Part shown: positions 29,237-38,150 of the stretch, one piece after another
Layout: the number at the start of each line of letters is the position of its first letter
How positions within the stretch are numbered: position 1 is the stretch's first letter
Assembly (NCBI GenBank): GCA_051382305.1
Contig: JBBCAV010000169.1
Span: forward strand, 1 to 47,042
Source of the DNA: Bdellovibrionota bacterium FG-2
Lineage (GTDB): Bacteria; Bdellovibrionota; UBA1018
DNA: 47,042 nt
Reading direction: 5' to 3'
Position numbers and translations under genes: made by a program
The notes under the pieces: generated by a model
Told to the model about the DNA's origin: nothing
The model's input: the letters and a program-made list of their open reading frames with translations, nothing else
The model's database searches: none

Positions 29237-31188
29237 GGAGTTGTGAAGAGAGTTGAGAAGACCCGATGGGCTTCGTTGTTGGCGGTGTAAAGTTCTCTGA
29301 TTCCTAGGAGTTCTACCGTGCACTGAACAGGGATTCGGTGATTCGTCCCGGTGTGATCAGGAGACCAGGGGATTGTGAGCGAAACGGCGCCTCCTGCATC
29401 AAGGGGCGCGATCTCTTTTTGTCCAATGAGTTGCCACTTCTGGTATTCGGTCTCGTAGAGGGTCGGCGCATCTATGATTCCAGCGAAGCAGGAAAGAATC
29501 CCTGCGCCGGCAGCGGCGGTGCCGATATTTTCGACTTCGACTGTCAGCTCTTGGCCGTTCCACTCCATGCCGTAGTAAAAAACAGCAAGATCGGGGCCCA
29601 AGATTCGCGAAGCTTGGCCTACGCGTACGTCGGATTTGCGAATCGTGCCGAGCGACGCTGCGTAATCAGCAACGGCCCTCCAGGCTTCGATGTTTGATGT
29701 TTCCATTTGAGACAGATCAATTCCTAGGTGAAGCTTTTGGTTGGCTAGCGTGATGGCAAGCCAAAGGCCGTCCGAAATAGCCACGCGATATTTTTTGTCC
29801 CGATTCAGCGGTTCGCCGCCAATTTTAATCGATCGGATGGCGGAGCCACCTGGAACCCAAGTGAGATCAACGTTATCGGCTGAGAGCCAACCCGTGGGCG
29901 AAGAGAGGGGCATGAGTCCACTTAAAGTGTAGAAGACGGTGAAGGCGAGGGAGAGGTCGCTTCCTTTGACGGTCCAAATTTTCAACTGCCACTCCCGGTT
30001 TGTCTTTTCGTCAAAAGTATGAGGAACGACGTCATGAAGATCCATTAAGGTTAGTGGCCCTTTGGGCATGCTCAAGCCCGTAAGGCTGATCTCCTCCATG
30101 GAGAGGTCTGCACCTGTTTTGGCGCGATAAGCTTTGACGGTGAGGTTTCCGAGTGTCGATTCCAGGGCGTCTCTTTGTTGGAGTTCCAGTTCCGAAGAGG
30201 CGACAATTCGAAAAGGATCATCGCCCATTTTTTCTGCGAGTCGTTTGTCTTCGTTTGCAACGAGCGCGGCAATTTCAGGATCTTCTTCGATCGAAGAGTC
30301 GATGGGGTGCAAGGTATAATTTGCGAAACTTACTTGCTTGCTCTTGGGGGTCCATTTGAGTTTGAGGTCGCCCAAGAACTGTCCCCAACAACCCGTTTCA
30401 ACTACCGGCACCTGTTTGCCAGCGTTTGTGACGAGAATCGCCTGGGGAGCTTTGTGGTGCGAATGGCCACTGATTACGGCATCAAGGCCGGGAACGGCCC
30501 GCGCAAGCTCAAGATTCAAATCAAACGTATTGTGTGAAATTAGGACTAACACATCGACTTGGGGCCGCAGCTGCTTGGCGAGTTTAGTGGCAACAGCTAA
30601 GGGTTCTAAGATGCGGACAGGAGCTAGGTAGGCATCATAAAAAAGTTCATAGGTGGTGAGTCCAATAAATCCGATTTTGATTTGAGCTTTGCCAGTACCC
30701 ACTGTCTTGATGAATGTGGGAGGAAAGGCTTTTTCAAAAGCGGCTTTCTGCGGGTATTCGCCTGCATCGAGATTGGCTGCTAGGACGGGCAAAGGGTATT
30801 TCTCGTTTGAAACGGTGGAGATCATTTGGTCAGGTCCGGCCAAGAAGTCGTGATTTCCCACGGCAGTGACGTCGTACTTCATCGCACCAAGAATATTGAG
30901 AAGGTTGGTTCCGGAGTCGACGGAGTAGTACCACGATCCTTCTGACCAATCGCCGGCGTCAACCGTCAGTGAGATCTGCGCTTGAGAACGCAGACGCTTT
31001 AATAGCGTGCTAATTCTTGCGACCCCACCCAGTCCAAAGGGATCTGTTTTGGCGGCCCGGAGTCGAGAGTGAATGTCATTGGTGTGGAAAAAGCTAATCT
31101 CGACGCTCTCGGGGCGGCAGGAGCTTACCCCCATTAACCCAAGAGCGCCGAGTATAAGGAGAATGGATTGAGGTCTTGGGGACTTCAT
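29233..31188 (-). CDS. Lipoprotein bifunctional metallophosphatase / 5'-nucleotidase with CARDB-like C-terminus
   Basis: Lipobox VSSC; HTNDIHS, DAGD, GNHDF, SH, GHSH; C-terminal VEVENIGT...NNEA. Confidence 0.88.
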   Translation of the reverse strand: MKSPRPQSILLILGALGLMGVSSCRPESVEISFFHTNDIHSRLRAAKTDPFGLGGVARISTLLKRLRSQAQISLTVDAGDWSEGSWYYSVDSGTNLLNILGAMKYDVTAVGNHDFLAGPDQMISTVSNEKYPLPVLAANLDAGEYPQKAAFEKAFPPTFIKTVGTGKAQIKIGFIGLTTYELFYDAYLAPVRILEPLAVATKLAKQLRPQVDVLVLISHNTFDLNLELARAVPGLDAVISGHSHHKAPQAILVTNAGKQVPVVETGCWGQFLGDLKLKWTPKSKQVSFANYTLHPIDSSIEEDPEIAALVANEDKRLAEKMGDDPFRIVASSELELQQRDALESTLGNLTVKAYRAKTGADLSMEEISLTGLSMPKGPLTLMDLHDVVPHTFDEKTNREWQLKIWTVKGSDLSLAFTVFYTLSGLMPLSSPTGWLSADNVDLTWVPGGSAIRSIKIGGEPLNRDKKYRVAISDGLWLAITLANQKLHLGIDLSQMETSNIEAWRAVADYAASLGTIRKSDVRVGQASRILGPDLAVFYYGMEWNGQELTVEVENIGTAAAGAGILSCFAGIIDAPTLYETEYQKWQLIGQKEIAPLDAGGAVSLTIPWSPDHTGTNHRIPVQCTVELLGIRELYTANNEAHRVFSTLFTTP

Positions 31189-31194
31189 TCCCAA

Positions 31195-31989
31195 TTACTT
31201 AAGATTCATTCCTCGAACAAGATTGTTTTCGAGTTGTTGAAGTTTTACGCCGTTATGTTCATACGAAGCGGCATTGGGGCCCTGGATGTAAAGTTTGGGT
31301 AGAGGCTTAGCATCGATGGGTTTTCCTCGATAATTTTGGCCCTGGTTGATGAGCTGTCGGATGTTAGCGAAAACAGCGATTCCGCCGGCGCGTTGCAAAG
31401 TCCCATCTGCTTTGAGTGTGGGGCCAAACACACTGGCAATGATTCCGGCGTGTCCTGCTCCATCATTTAAGAAGGCTTGTGAGACGGTGAGCCCTTCTGG
31501 GAAATATTCGTCGTTGAGAAAGCCAAACATCGCGGCAACGCCGACCCAGTTTGCATGAAGCACGTCGACATATCCGAAGATGTCAAATTTTGGGCTAATG
31601 GGGTTGGGGCTGCGGATTTCAACGAGGCCATAAGGGATTCCGATGGGAACCCCGTTTGGAAGAACCATGGTGGGTGTGAGGCTGATATAGTCTTGGTCAT
31701 TTACAATGGAGGTATTGAGGCTGAAACCGATTTCGAAAGGCTGGGCTTGTGTAAAGGGATTAATAAAGAGGTAGCCATAATCTTTCAGTGTGAAACCGCC
31801 AGCAAGGTCTGACTTAATCTTGTCGGTGAAAACAAGTGAAACGCGAACGGTTTCTAGATTCTCGGAAACTTGAAACGTCGCCTTTTGAATAATGCTGCTT
31901 TTGTATTTACATCCGGACATGACTGCAGCACTTGCAACAGCAAGGCAGATAAAGAGAACCGATAGTTTTTTGGATCCAATAGTTTTCAT
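31195..31989 (-). CDS. Hypothetical lipoprotein
   Basis: Lipobox MSGC after a hydrophobic N-terminus; GGGGGA RBS. Confidence 0.75.
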   Translation of the reverse strand: MKTIGSKKLSVLFICLAVASAAVMSGCKYKSSIIQKATFQVSENLETVRVSLVFTDKIKSDLAGGFTLKDYGYLFINPFTQAQPFEIGFSLNTSIVNDQDYISLTPTMVLPNGVPIGIPYGLVEIRSPNPISPKFDIFGYVDVLHANWVGVAAMFGFLNDEYFPEGLTVSQAFLNDGAGHAGIIASVFGPTLKADGTLQRAGGIAVFANIRQLINQGQNYRGKPIDAKPLPKLYIQGPNAASYEHNGVKLQQLENNLVRGMNLK

Positions 31990-32017
31990 GTGTATCCCCC
32001 CTTTTAAAAAATAAAAC

Positions 32018-32107
32018 TGGCGGAGAGAGAGAGATTCGAACTCTCGAGCGGGTTTCCCCGCTGTTCCCTTAGCAAGGGAGTGCCTTCGGCCACTCGGCCA
32101 TCTCTCC
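32018..32107 (-). tRNA. tRNA-Ser(GCT)
   Basis: GGAGAGA acceptor stem, GCT anticodon loop, long variable arm, TTCGAAT T-loop, encoded CCA; upstream TTGCCC-17-TAACTT promoter (32153-32125). Confidence 0.95.
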
Positions 32108-32320
32108 GCGTGTGCGAACGCCTCAAGTTAGCCACACCGAGGGGCTTGGGCAAGAGGAATTTGTTGAATCTTGTTTTAAAAAAACTTGATCATTTTTCTT
32201 TTATTTCGCTGTGCGTTTCTAAATTGCTTTTATCTGTCTTTACCAACGACTAATGCGTTGCGTTTTGATTTTTTATTGATTTGATCTGTACTTTGCCATG
32301 AAAACCTGACTAAAAAGGTC

Positions 32321-32348
32321 TAAAGTTTTTCGAATACCTGACCGAATA
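32321..32348 (+). promoter_or_regulatory. Sigma28 (FliA) promoter of flagellin 1
   Basis: TAAAGTTT-N12-ACCGAATA. Confidence 0.65.
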
Positions 32349-32533
32349 AGTAAGTGAAACAAGCGCCGCTCCTCTGAATGGGTCAGAGAAGGGGTGTTTG
32401 GCAGGGGTACAGCAAATTCACCTGCCATTTTTGTTCTAACTACGCTTCTTGACCTTGGGGTCGACTTGAGCTGGCTTGTGCCATCTCTCATCGTCAGCTC
32501 AGAGGCCTCAAGAGGTTTTTTGTGGAGGTGTGT

Positions 32534-33367
32534 ATGGGTCTACGAATTAATACAAACGTTCAATCTTTGGCTGCTCAACGAAACTTGGGCGCAAGCAGTG
32601 CGGCTCAGAAGACGTCTTTAGAAAAGATGTCTTCTGGATCGAGAATCAATCGTGCAGCAGATGATGCTGCCGGATTGGCCATTGCAGATAAAATGAAAAG
32701 TCAGATCCGATCGGTTCGCCAGGATGTTCGAAACGCGAACGACGGGATCTCGATGATTCAAACGGCTGAAGGTGGAATGAACGAAGTCGGTAACATTCTA
32801 GTTCGGTTCAGAGAACTATCGATTCAGGCTGCTTCTGATACGATTACGGATCACGAGCGGACTTTCATTGACAAAGAAGTTCAGCAGATGAGCAAAGAAA
32901 TGGATCGGATCGCCTATGGGACGGAGTTTAACGGAAAGAAACTCTTAAGTGGTGAAGGCGAGAAGATGGACATTCAAGTCGGCTTGAACAATGATGCCAC
33001 CTTGGATCGGTTCCAATATGATACGAGCAAAACCAACGTTTCTTCGGAAAAATTGGGCCTTGCGGATATCAGTGTTGCCTCTAAAGAGTCGGCACAGGGG
33101 AACTTGTCCAAAGTCGATGATGCGATTCGAGCCCTCAGTGAGAATCGCGCTGAACTCGGTGCCTTGCAAAACAGGTTGCAATCAGGGATCAATAGCTTGC
33201 AGATCTATGATGAGAACTTGTCTTCTGCAAAGAGCCGTATTTCTGATGCTGACTTAGCGTCGGAGTCCGCGGATCTGATGAAGAATAATATCCTCGTCGC
33301 CGCCGGTACTTCGGTCCTCAGTCAAGCGAATCAAAATAACCAAATCGCAATGAAGCTCATTGGTTAA
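32534..33367 (+). CDS. fliC: Flagellin (short, 277 aa)
   Basis: MGLRINTN, SSGSRINRAADDAAGL, RAELGALQNRL, SRISDAD; GGAGG RBS. Confidence 0.96.
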   Translation: MGLRINTNVQSLAAQRNLGASSAAQKTSLEKMSSGSRINRAADDAAGLAIADKMKSQIRSVRQDVRNANDGISMIQTAEGGMNEVGNILVRFRELSIQAASDTITDHERTFIDKEVQQMSKEMDRIAYGTEFNGKKLLSGEGEKMDIQVGLNNDATLDRFQYDTSKTNVSSEKLGLADISVASKESAQGNLSKVDDAIRALSENRAELGALQNRLQSGINSLQIYDENLSSAKSRISDADLASESADLMKNNILVAAGTSVLSQANQNNQIAMKLIG

Positions 33368-33624
33368 TAGCTAGTAATAGCTAAGTCCTTCTTCACCACA
33401 CCAACTCTTCGAGGCGTGGAGCTGTTCCGGGGATTAAGTTCTCAGGGATAGCTCTACGCCCTCGAGTGAGGTGAACGGTGAGTCTCTCCCAAAATCGCCT
33501 GCCCAAAGGGTCAATTGTTAAGAGAAATAGTAGGCAGCATTAAAAAAATTTCTTCCTAAGTCACTATTCTTAAAGGGTTTTTCACCCTTAAATGCGCGTC
33601 GCGCAAAAAAACAAACCAAAACGC

Positions 33625-33651
33625 TCAAGTATTATCGCCCTGCGCCGATAG
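33625..33651 (+). promoter_or_regulatory. Sigma28 promoter of flagellin 2
   Basis: TCAA-N15-GCCGATAG. Confidence 0.8.
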
Positions 33652-33948
33652 GTATGTTGTAAGTCAACTGGGAGGATGGGCCTCCCGGAAGACATACAAC
33701 GTCTGCCAAATGTATCTTGCTGTTGCACGAGGCGGAAAAAACAAGGGAGTCCAAGCGGTGTTTGACTTGGATAACCTTCCGCAGTTTCATGCGTGGTTCA
33801 CACCCAGACGTTTAACTTCATAAATCTCGGTCTATTTGTGATTTCGGTCACGGATAGTACGTAACCGGATTTGGTTCTATCAATAACGCGCCTTGTTATG
33901 GGGCAAGTGAAGGGTCGAACTACGTCCGCAATCGAAAGGGAACGTCAT

Positions 33949-34782
33949 ATGGGCTTAAGAATAAATACAAACATTGCTGCTCTCAGTGCGAATCGTCAGT
34001 TGAGTCGTACAAGCGAAGAACAATCGAAAACCTATGCAAGGTTATCGTCTGGTCAACGCATCACCCAAGCTGGGGATGATGCCGCAGGCCTCTCCATCAG
34101 TGAAAACTTGCGTTCGCAAGTTCGCTCGATGGGCCAAGCTGAAAGAAACGCGAACGACGGTATTTCATTCACGCAGGTTGCTGAAGGGGGATTGACCGAA
34201 ATCGGCAACACCATGATCCGGTTGCGTGAGTTATCCGTGCAGGCGAGTTCTGATACGATCGGCGACAAGGAACGTGGTTTTATCCATCAAGAAGTGCAGA
34301 GCCTTGTTGCAGAAGTGGATCGGATTGCAAACTCTACGTCTTTTAACGGAACCAACCTTTTAAACGGCCAATCCGCCAAAGAAACCCTCGAGTTTCAAGT
34401 CGGGATTGGAAACCAAGAGCCAGATCGCATTAATTTTAACACTGCAGAAAACGATGTTCGCTCTTCTACCTTGGGCGTCGATAGCCTCAACTATGAGTCG
34501 ATCGATGGGGCTCGCGAAGCGATGGACAAAGTGGACTCAGCAATCGGTTCAGTCTTCTCCGCTCGTGCCAGACTCGGCGCCATGCAGAACAAACTGCATT
34601 CCACCGTCAACAACTTGGCAATTAACAAAGAGAACTTGCAACAAGCCCGTTCACGTATCGCTGATACGGACGTTGCACAGGAAACTTCTGAGCTCGTACG
34701 TGGCAACATTCTGCAGTCTGCAGGGGTTTCCGTCCTTGCTCAAGCAAATCAAGCACCGTCTAACGCTTTGAAACTGCTGTAA
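33949..34782 (+). CDS. fliC: Flagellin (short, 277 aa)
   Basis: MGLRINTN, LSSGQRI...DDAAGL, RARLGAMQN, SRIADTD. Confidence 0.96.
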   Translation: MGLRINTNIAALSANRQLSRTSEEQSKTYARLSSGQRITQAGDDAAGLSISENLRSQVRSMGQAERNANDGISFTQVAEGGLTEIGNTMIRLRELSVQASSDTIGDKERGFIHQEVQSLVAEVDRIANSTSFNGTNLLNGQSAKETLEFQVGIGNQEPDRINFNTAENDVRSSTLGVDSLNYESIDGAREAMDKVDSAIGSVFSARARLGAMQNKLHSTVNNLAINKENLQQARSRIADTDVAQETSELVRGNILQSAGVSVLAQANQAPSNALKLL

Positions 34783-34861
34783 TCCTTAGCGGTTGCGCGG
34801 TTTCGGTAAAGTGCGCCTGAACCTAAGCGGACAATAGGGTTCGCGAGGGTTCCTTAAGCCC

Positions 34862-34893
34862 CCCCCAGAGGTGCCGAGCCTCTGGGGGTCTTT
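34862..34893 (+). terminator. Intrinsic terminator after flagellin 2
   Basis: CCCCCAGAGG-loop-CCTCTGGGGG followed by TCTTT. Confidence 0.75.
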
Positions 34894-34915
34894 ACCACCT
34901 CGGTTCAAACGGAAT

Positions 34916-34942
34916 TCAAGTTTCTCTTGGAAACTCCGATGG
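34916..34942 (+). promoter_or_regulatory. Sigma28 promoter of the flaG-like gene
   Basis: TCAAGTTT-N11-TCCGATGG. Confidence 0.65.
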
Positions 34943-34965
34943 AACAGTGAGGGAGGGCGTAGACG

Positions 34966-35349
34966 GTGAAAGTTCGGGGTCTAAACGATGCACTTCAGTT
35001 CTTCGGGCAGGTCCAAGACAAGGATCGAGAAAAGGGGAATCCCGATAAACGTAGGCAACAAAGACAGGGTTACGGAAGTGACAAAGAAAAGAAAACCTTT
35101 GAAGAGTCACTTGAAGTGAGCCAGGCTGAGTTAGAAAAAGCGGTTCAAGCCTTCAAGACCGATGAGCAAGCTAAAGCTAACGGATTGAATGCGAAAACCG
35201 ACGGACAAGGACCTGGACTCAAAGTAATCCTCACTGACGTCGCCGGCAAAGTGGTTCGTCAGTTTACCGGCGAAGAGTTCCTCAAATTGCGGTCCGACAC
35301 TCACCAAGAGGGCCGAGTCAGAGGGAAGATCTTGGATCAGAAACTGTAA
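34966..35349 (+). CDS. FlaG-like protein
   Basis: LKVILTDVAGKVVRQFTGEEFLKL...GKILDQK; lies downstream of the flagellins. Confidence 0.75.
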   Translation: MKVRGLNDALQFFGQVQDKDREKGNPDKRRQQRQGYGSDKEKKTFEESLEVSQAELEKAVQAFKTDEQAKANGLNAKTDGQGPGLKVILTDVAGKVVRQFTGEEFLKLRSDTHQEGRVRGKILDQKL

Positions 35350-35368
35350 CCGGTTATGATCGAGATCA

Positions 35369-36115
35369 ATGAATCTTACTTTTGTTTCTGATCTTCATAT
35401 CGCGGACGCTCAAAGCCCGCTCTATCGCTCCCTCGTCTCTCTGATCAAAGATCAGATTCAGCCGGGGGATACGCTCGTTTTAGGCGGTGATATCTTCGAT
35501 CTCTTCGTAGGCAATAATGAAATATTTTTGAATCGCTTCGCAGAATTTCTGTTTGCGGTTCGGGACGCGGGTCTTCGCGGCGCCCACGTCGTCTATCTTG
35601 AGGGGAATCACGACTTTCTGCTCTCCCAGGTTTTTGAAGGCTGGAAAGGCGTACGAGTCGAAAAAGAACACGCGCGCTTAGATTTGAGTGGGAAACGTTT
35701 TTACTTCGCACATGGAGATTTGGTAAACGCGCGAGATTTTGGCTATCCGGCTCTCCGGGCAGTGTTTCGAAGTTTGCCGATGCGTTTGTTCGTTGCTCAC
35801 GCTCCAGGGTCTTGGGTGGATGCTTTTGGACGGACCTGTAGTGGCGCGAGTAAGAAGGTCAATCGGGCGCCTGATCCTCTGTTGGATTCTCGGCGCGAAA
35901 ATCAGCGCGCGAAGTATCGCGAATTTGCGGGTGAGAAATTCGCGGAAGGCTACGATTTCATCGTGATGGGACATACCCACGTGTCTGACGAATGCGAGTT
36001 TAAGGCCGGTGATCGTCTGGGGCAGTATATAAATATTGGGTATCCGCCGAAGAGTGGGACTTTTTTGCGGTGGGGCGAGGGTTCGGGAAAGTTTGTGCGG
36101 GTGAAGTTGATCTAG
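35369..36115 (+). CDS. lpxH: UDP-2,3-diacylglucosamine diphosphatase
   Basis: SDLH, GDIFDL, GNHDF, HGD, MGHTH. Confidence 0.85.
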   Translation: MNLTFVSDLHIADAQSPLYRSLVSLIKDQIQPGDTLVLGGDIFDLFVGNNEIFLNRFAEFLFAVRDAGLRGAHVVYLEGNHDFLLSQVFEGWKGVRVEKEHARLDLSGKRFYFAHGDLVNARDFGYPALRAVFRSLPMRLFVAHAPGSWVDAFGRTCSGASKKVNRAPDPLLDSRRENQRAKYREFAGEKFAEGYDFIVMGHTHVSDECEFKAGDRLGQYINIGYPPKSGTFLRWGEGSGKFVRVKLI

Positions 36116-38091
36116 TGTGAAACCTTGGCGCGCTCCCAACTTGCACTTTCGCAACGTTGGTCAAAGCAGGCTTTCGCTTCTTGAAACTTCATTTTCGTAA
36201 TCACTGCGACCGCAGGATGAATGTTGGGGTTGCGACCCATTGCGACCTCCAATCGTTCCGCGAATTTTTCGAACGAGTATCCGCTCTTGAGTGAGTCGCG
36301 CGCATCAAGGGTCGCAGAAACGATCTCATCCGTTACGTGCTCGATCTTTTCATCCGAGTCCAGCACTTTTCGATTTCCGCCATCGTAAATGCCGTCCCAA
36401 GAAACGCTTGCGAGAAACGTGCGGAGCTGCATTTCATCCATTGAGGCAATATTCACGCGATTCATTCGGCCTACGGATTTCTTGCGGTACTTCTCAATCC
36501 AGGTTTTGTCGGAGGCGAATTCGATCCAGATTTCGTTTGGCGCCCGAACTCTATCGGGCGTGGGCAGGGCGTTGAGCATCGCCGTATTTAAATTGGCCAT
36601 TGAAGCCACCATTTTTTTATAATTCGCGGGCGTGTCTTTTCCCTTGTCTTTGCGAAGTTGAATCATATTTTTCAAATACCGCGCGACTTGTTTGTGGCCA
36701 CTTGTGGTGAAGATCGCTTTGAGTGCAGGAGAGATGCTCTCAAGTTTTGATGGTGGAACGCGTGAAAGGAGGGCTTGCAAAAAGGCGTAGAAGTTAGCAG
36801 GTTTTTCCTCGTGTATCGCGGCGAACATTTCGAGGTGCAGACCTGCTTTGAGGAGGTTGTACACGTAATAGGCGATTACTCCCTCTTTGTGAATCATCGC
36901 TTCTTGTTCTTCGGGCGCCCACTCCGAAATCTTGTCCATCACGCGCTCGGCGTCGTTCACCGAATAGAGAAACATTCCATACGTGTGGGTAAACTCGGAC
37001 ATTTGGCCTTGGAGTATGGGGTGCCCTTCACGGAGGAGGGTTTGGCGGCCCAGTTTTAGAAAAAGATCAATCGCGAGATCCGAGATGTTCAGGATGTTTT
37101 CGGCCATGCCGTACATTTGAGTGGCCAAATAGCCGCCGGCAATTGGGGCCAGTGGGAGTGCAAAGGCTGCGGCCGCAAGTGCGCTGCGATTTAGGACTTT
37201 GTGGTCAGCGGATTTGGCGATTTCTTTTACGAATTTGTCGATTCTTGGGGTGGTGAGCTGCGCGTCGGAGAGAGTTCGTTCGCCCATGTAGGCTTCAAAG
37301 CCTTCAGCAAATCCTTCGACCCACGCGAGTGCGGGATCGGTGATGACGGAGGCGTTATGCCCCGCTCGGGAATGGGATTTGGCGGTGAGTTTTGACATAT
37401 CGCCGACGCCATAAAGGTCTTGCATGATTCCGTGAGAGATTTCGTGAACGTAGGTGATGTCGAAGTAGGAGTTTCTCACGAGGGCTTCTTGAGAGATAAT
37501 CGAAACGGGGAGGAGGGCATCGCTGACGTCTTCGCCAGTGATGAAGTTGGTGGAGGGTTGGCCATCAAGTGAGAAGGTCTCTGAGTCCACGAAGGCTGGG
37601 CCCAAATTGAAAATTTCTTTTTTCCCAAAATAGATAAGCGTTGGTTCACACGGATTTGCGGCGTCTGCAACTTCGCGCGCCATGATGCGGTATTGGTTGA
37701 TTTCGCTAATAGCTTTTGAGAATTGAAGTCTGGCGAGGTAGGGTGAATTTTGGCTCTCGGGATCTCTCGTTAACAAATAATCTGAGTTTCGTTTTTGAAA
37801 GCGACCAAAGCCCTCTTTGATATTGCATCCCACGGCATCGCGAGCGCGATCGTCATCGCTACACGTAAAGCGATGATTCTTGCCTAGCCCAACGGGTTTA
37901 ACTCCGATGAGTTCCAGGGTTGAGCATTGAGGTTTGGATTCGCTGGCGGATGCGAGGGTAGTAAATAGGGCCAGAATAGTGAGGAGCGCTGTTGGTGTTT
38001 TTACTGGCGCACCATGACATAGTGCGTAATAAAAGTCAAAGGGGTTTTGTTGGGGTCGTAGGGTTAGTTGTGTCTGCTTGACGTGCCGCAT
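36112..38091 (-). CDS. Secreted zinc metallopeptidase-like protein (start uncertain)
   Basis: HEISH zinc motif plus downstream WVEGFAE (gluzincin pattern); signal peptide begins near 38004. Confidence 0.7.
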   Translation of the reverse strand: MRHVKQTQLTLRPQQNPFDFYYALCHGAPVKTPTALLTILALFTTLASASESKPQCSTLELIGVKPVGLGKNHRFTCSDDDRARDAVGCNIKEGFGRFQKRNSDYLLTRDPESQNSPYLARLQFSKAISEINQYRIMAREVADAANPCEPTLIYFGKKEIFNLGPAFVDSETFSLDGQPSTNFITGEDVSDALLPVSIISQEALVRNSYFDITYVHEISHGIMQDLYGVGDMSKLTAKSHSRAGHNASVITDPALAWVEGFAEGFEAYMGERTLSDAQLTTPRIDKFVKEIAKSADHKVLNRSALAAAAFALPLAPIAGGYLATQMYGMAENILNISDLAIDLFLKLGRQTLLREGHPILQGQMSEFTHTYGMFLYSVNDAERVMDKISEWAPEEQEAMIHKEGVIAYYVYNLLKAGLHLEMFAAIHEEKPANFYAFLQALLSRVPPSKLESISPALKAIFTTSGHKQVARYLKNMIQLRKDKGKDTPANYKKMVASMANLNTAMLNALPTPDRVRAPNEIWIEFASDKTWIEKYRKKSVGRMNRVNIASMDEMQLRTFLASVSWDGIYDGGNRKVLDSDEKIEHVTDEIVSATLDARDSLKSGYSFEKFAERLEVAMGRNPNIHPAVAVITKMKFQEAKACFDQRCESASWERAKVSH

Positions 38092-38150
38092 TACAATAAT
38101 GTATGGTGCGCCTCGGCTTTGAAATAAATATTATAATTGGAGTGAATTCG

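Noticed and set aside
32018-32107. tRNA-Ser as the integration site of an island
   Set aside because: No duplicated tRNA 3' end or integrase was noticed in the window.
32350-33948. Known c-di-GMP riboswitch in the flagellin leaders
   Set aside because: I could not see the GEMM-I or c-di-GMP-II consensus; an Rfam search is needed to exclude it fully.
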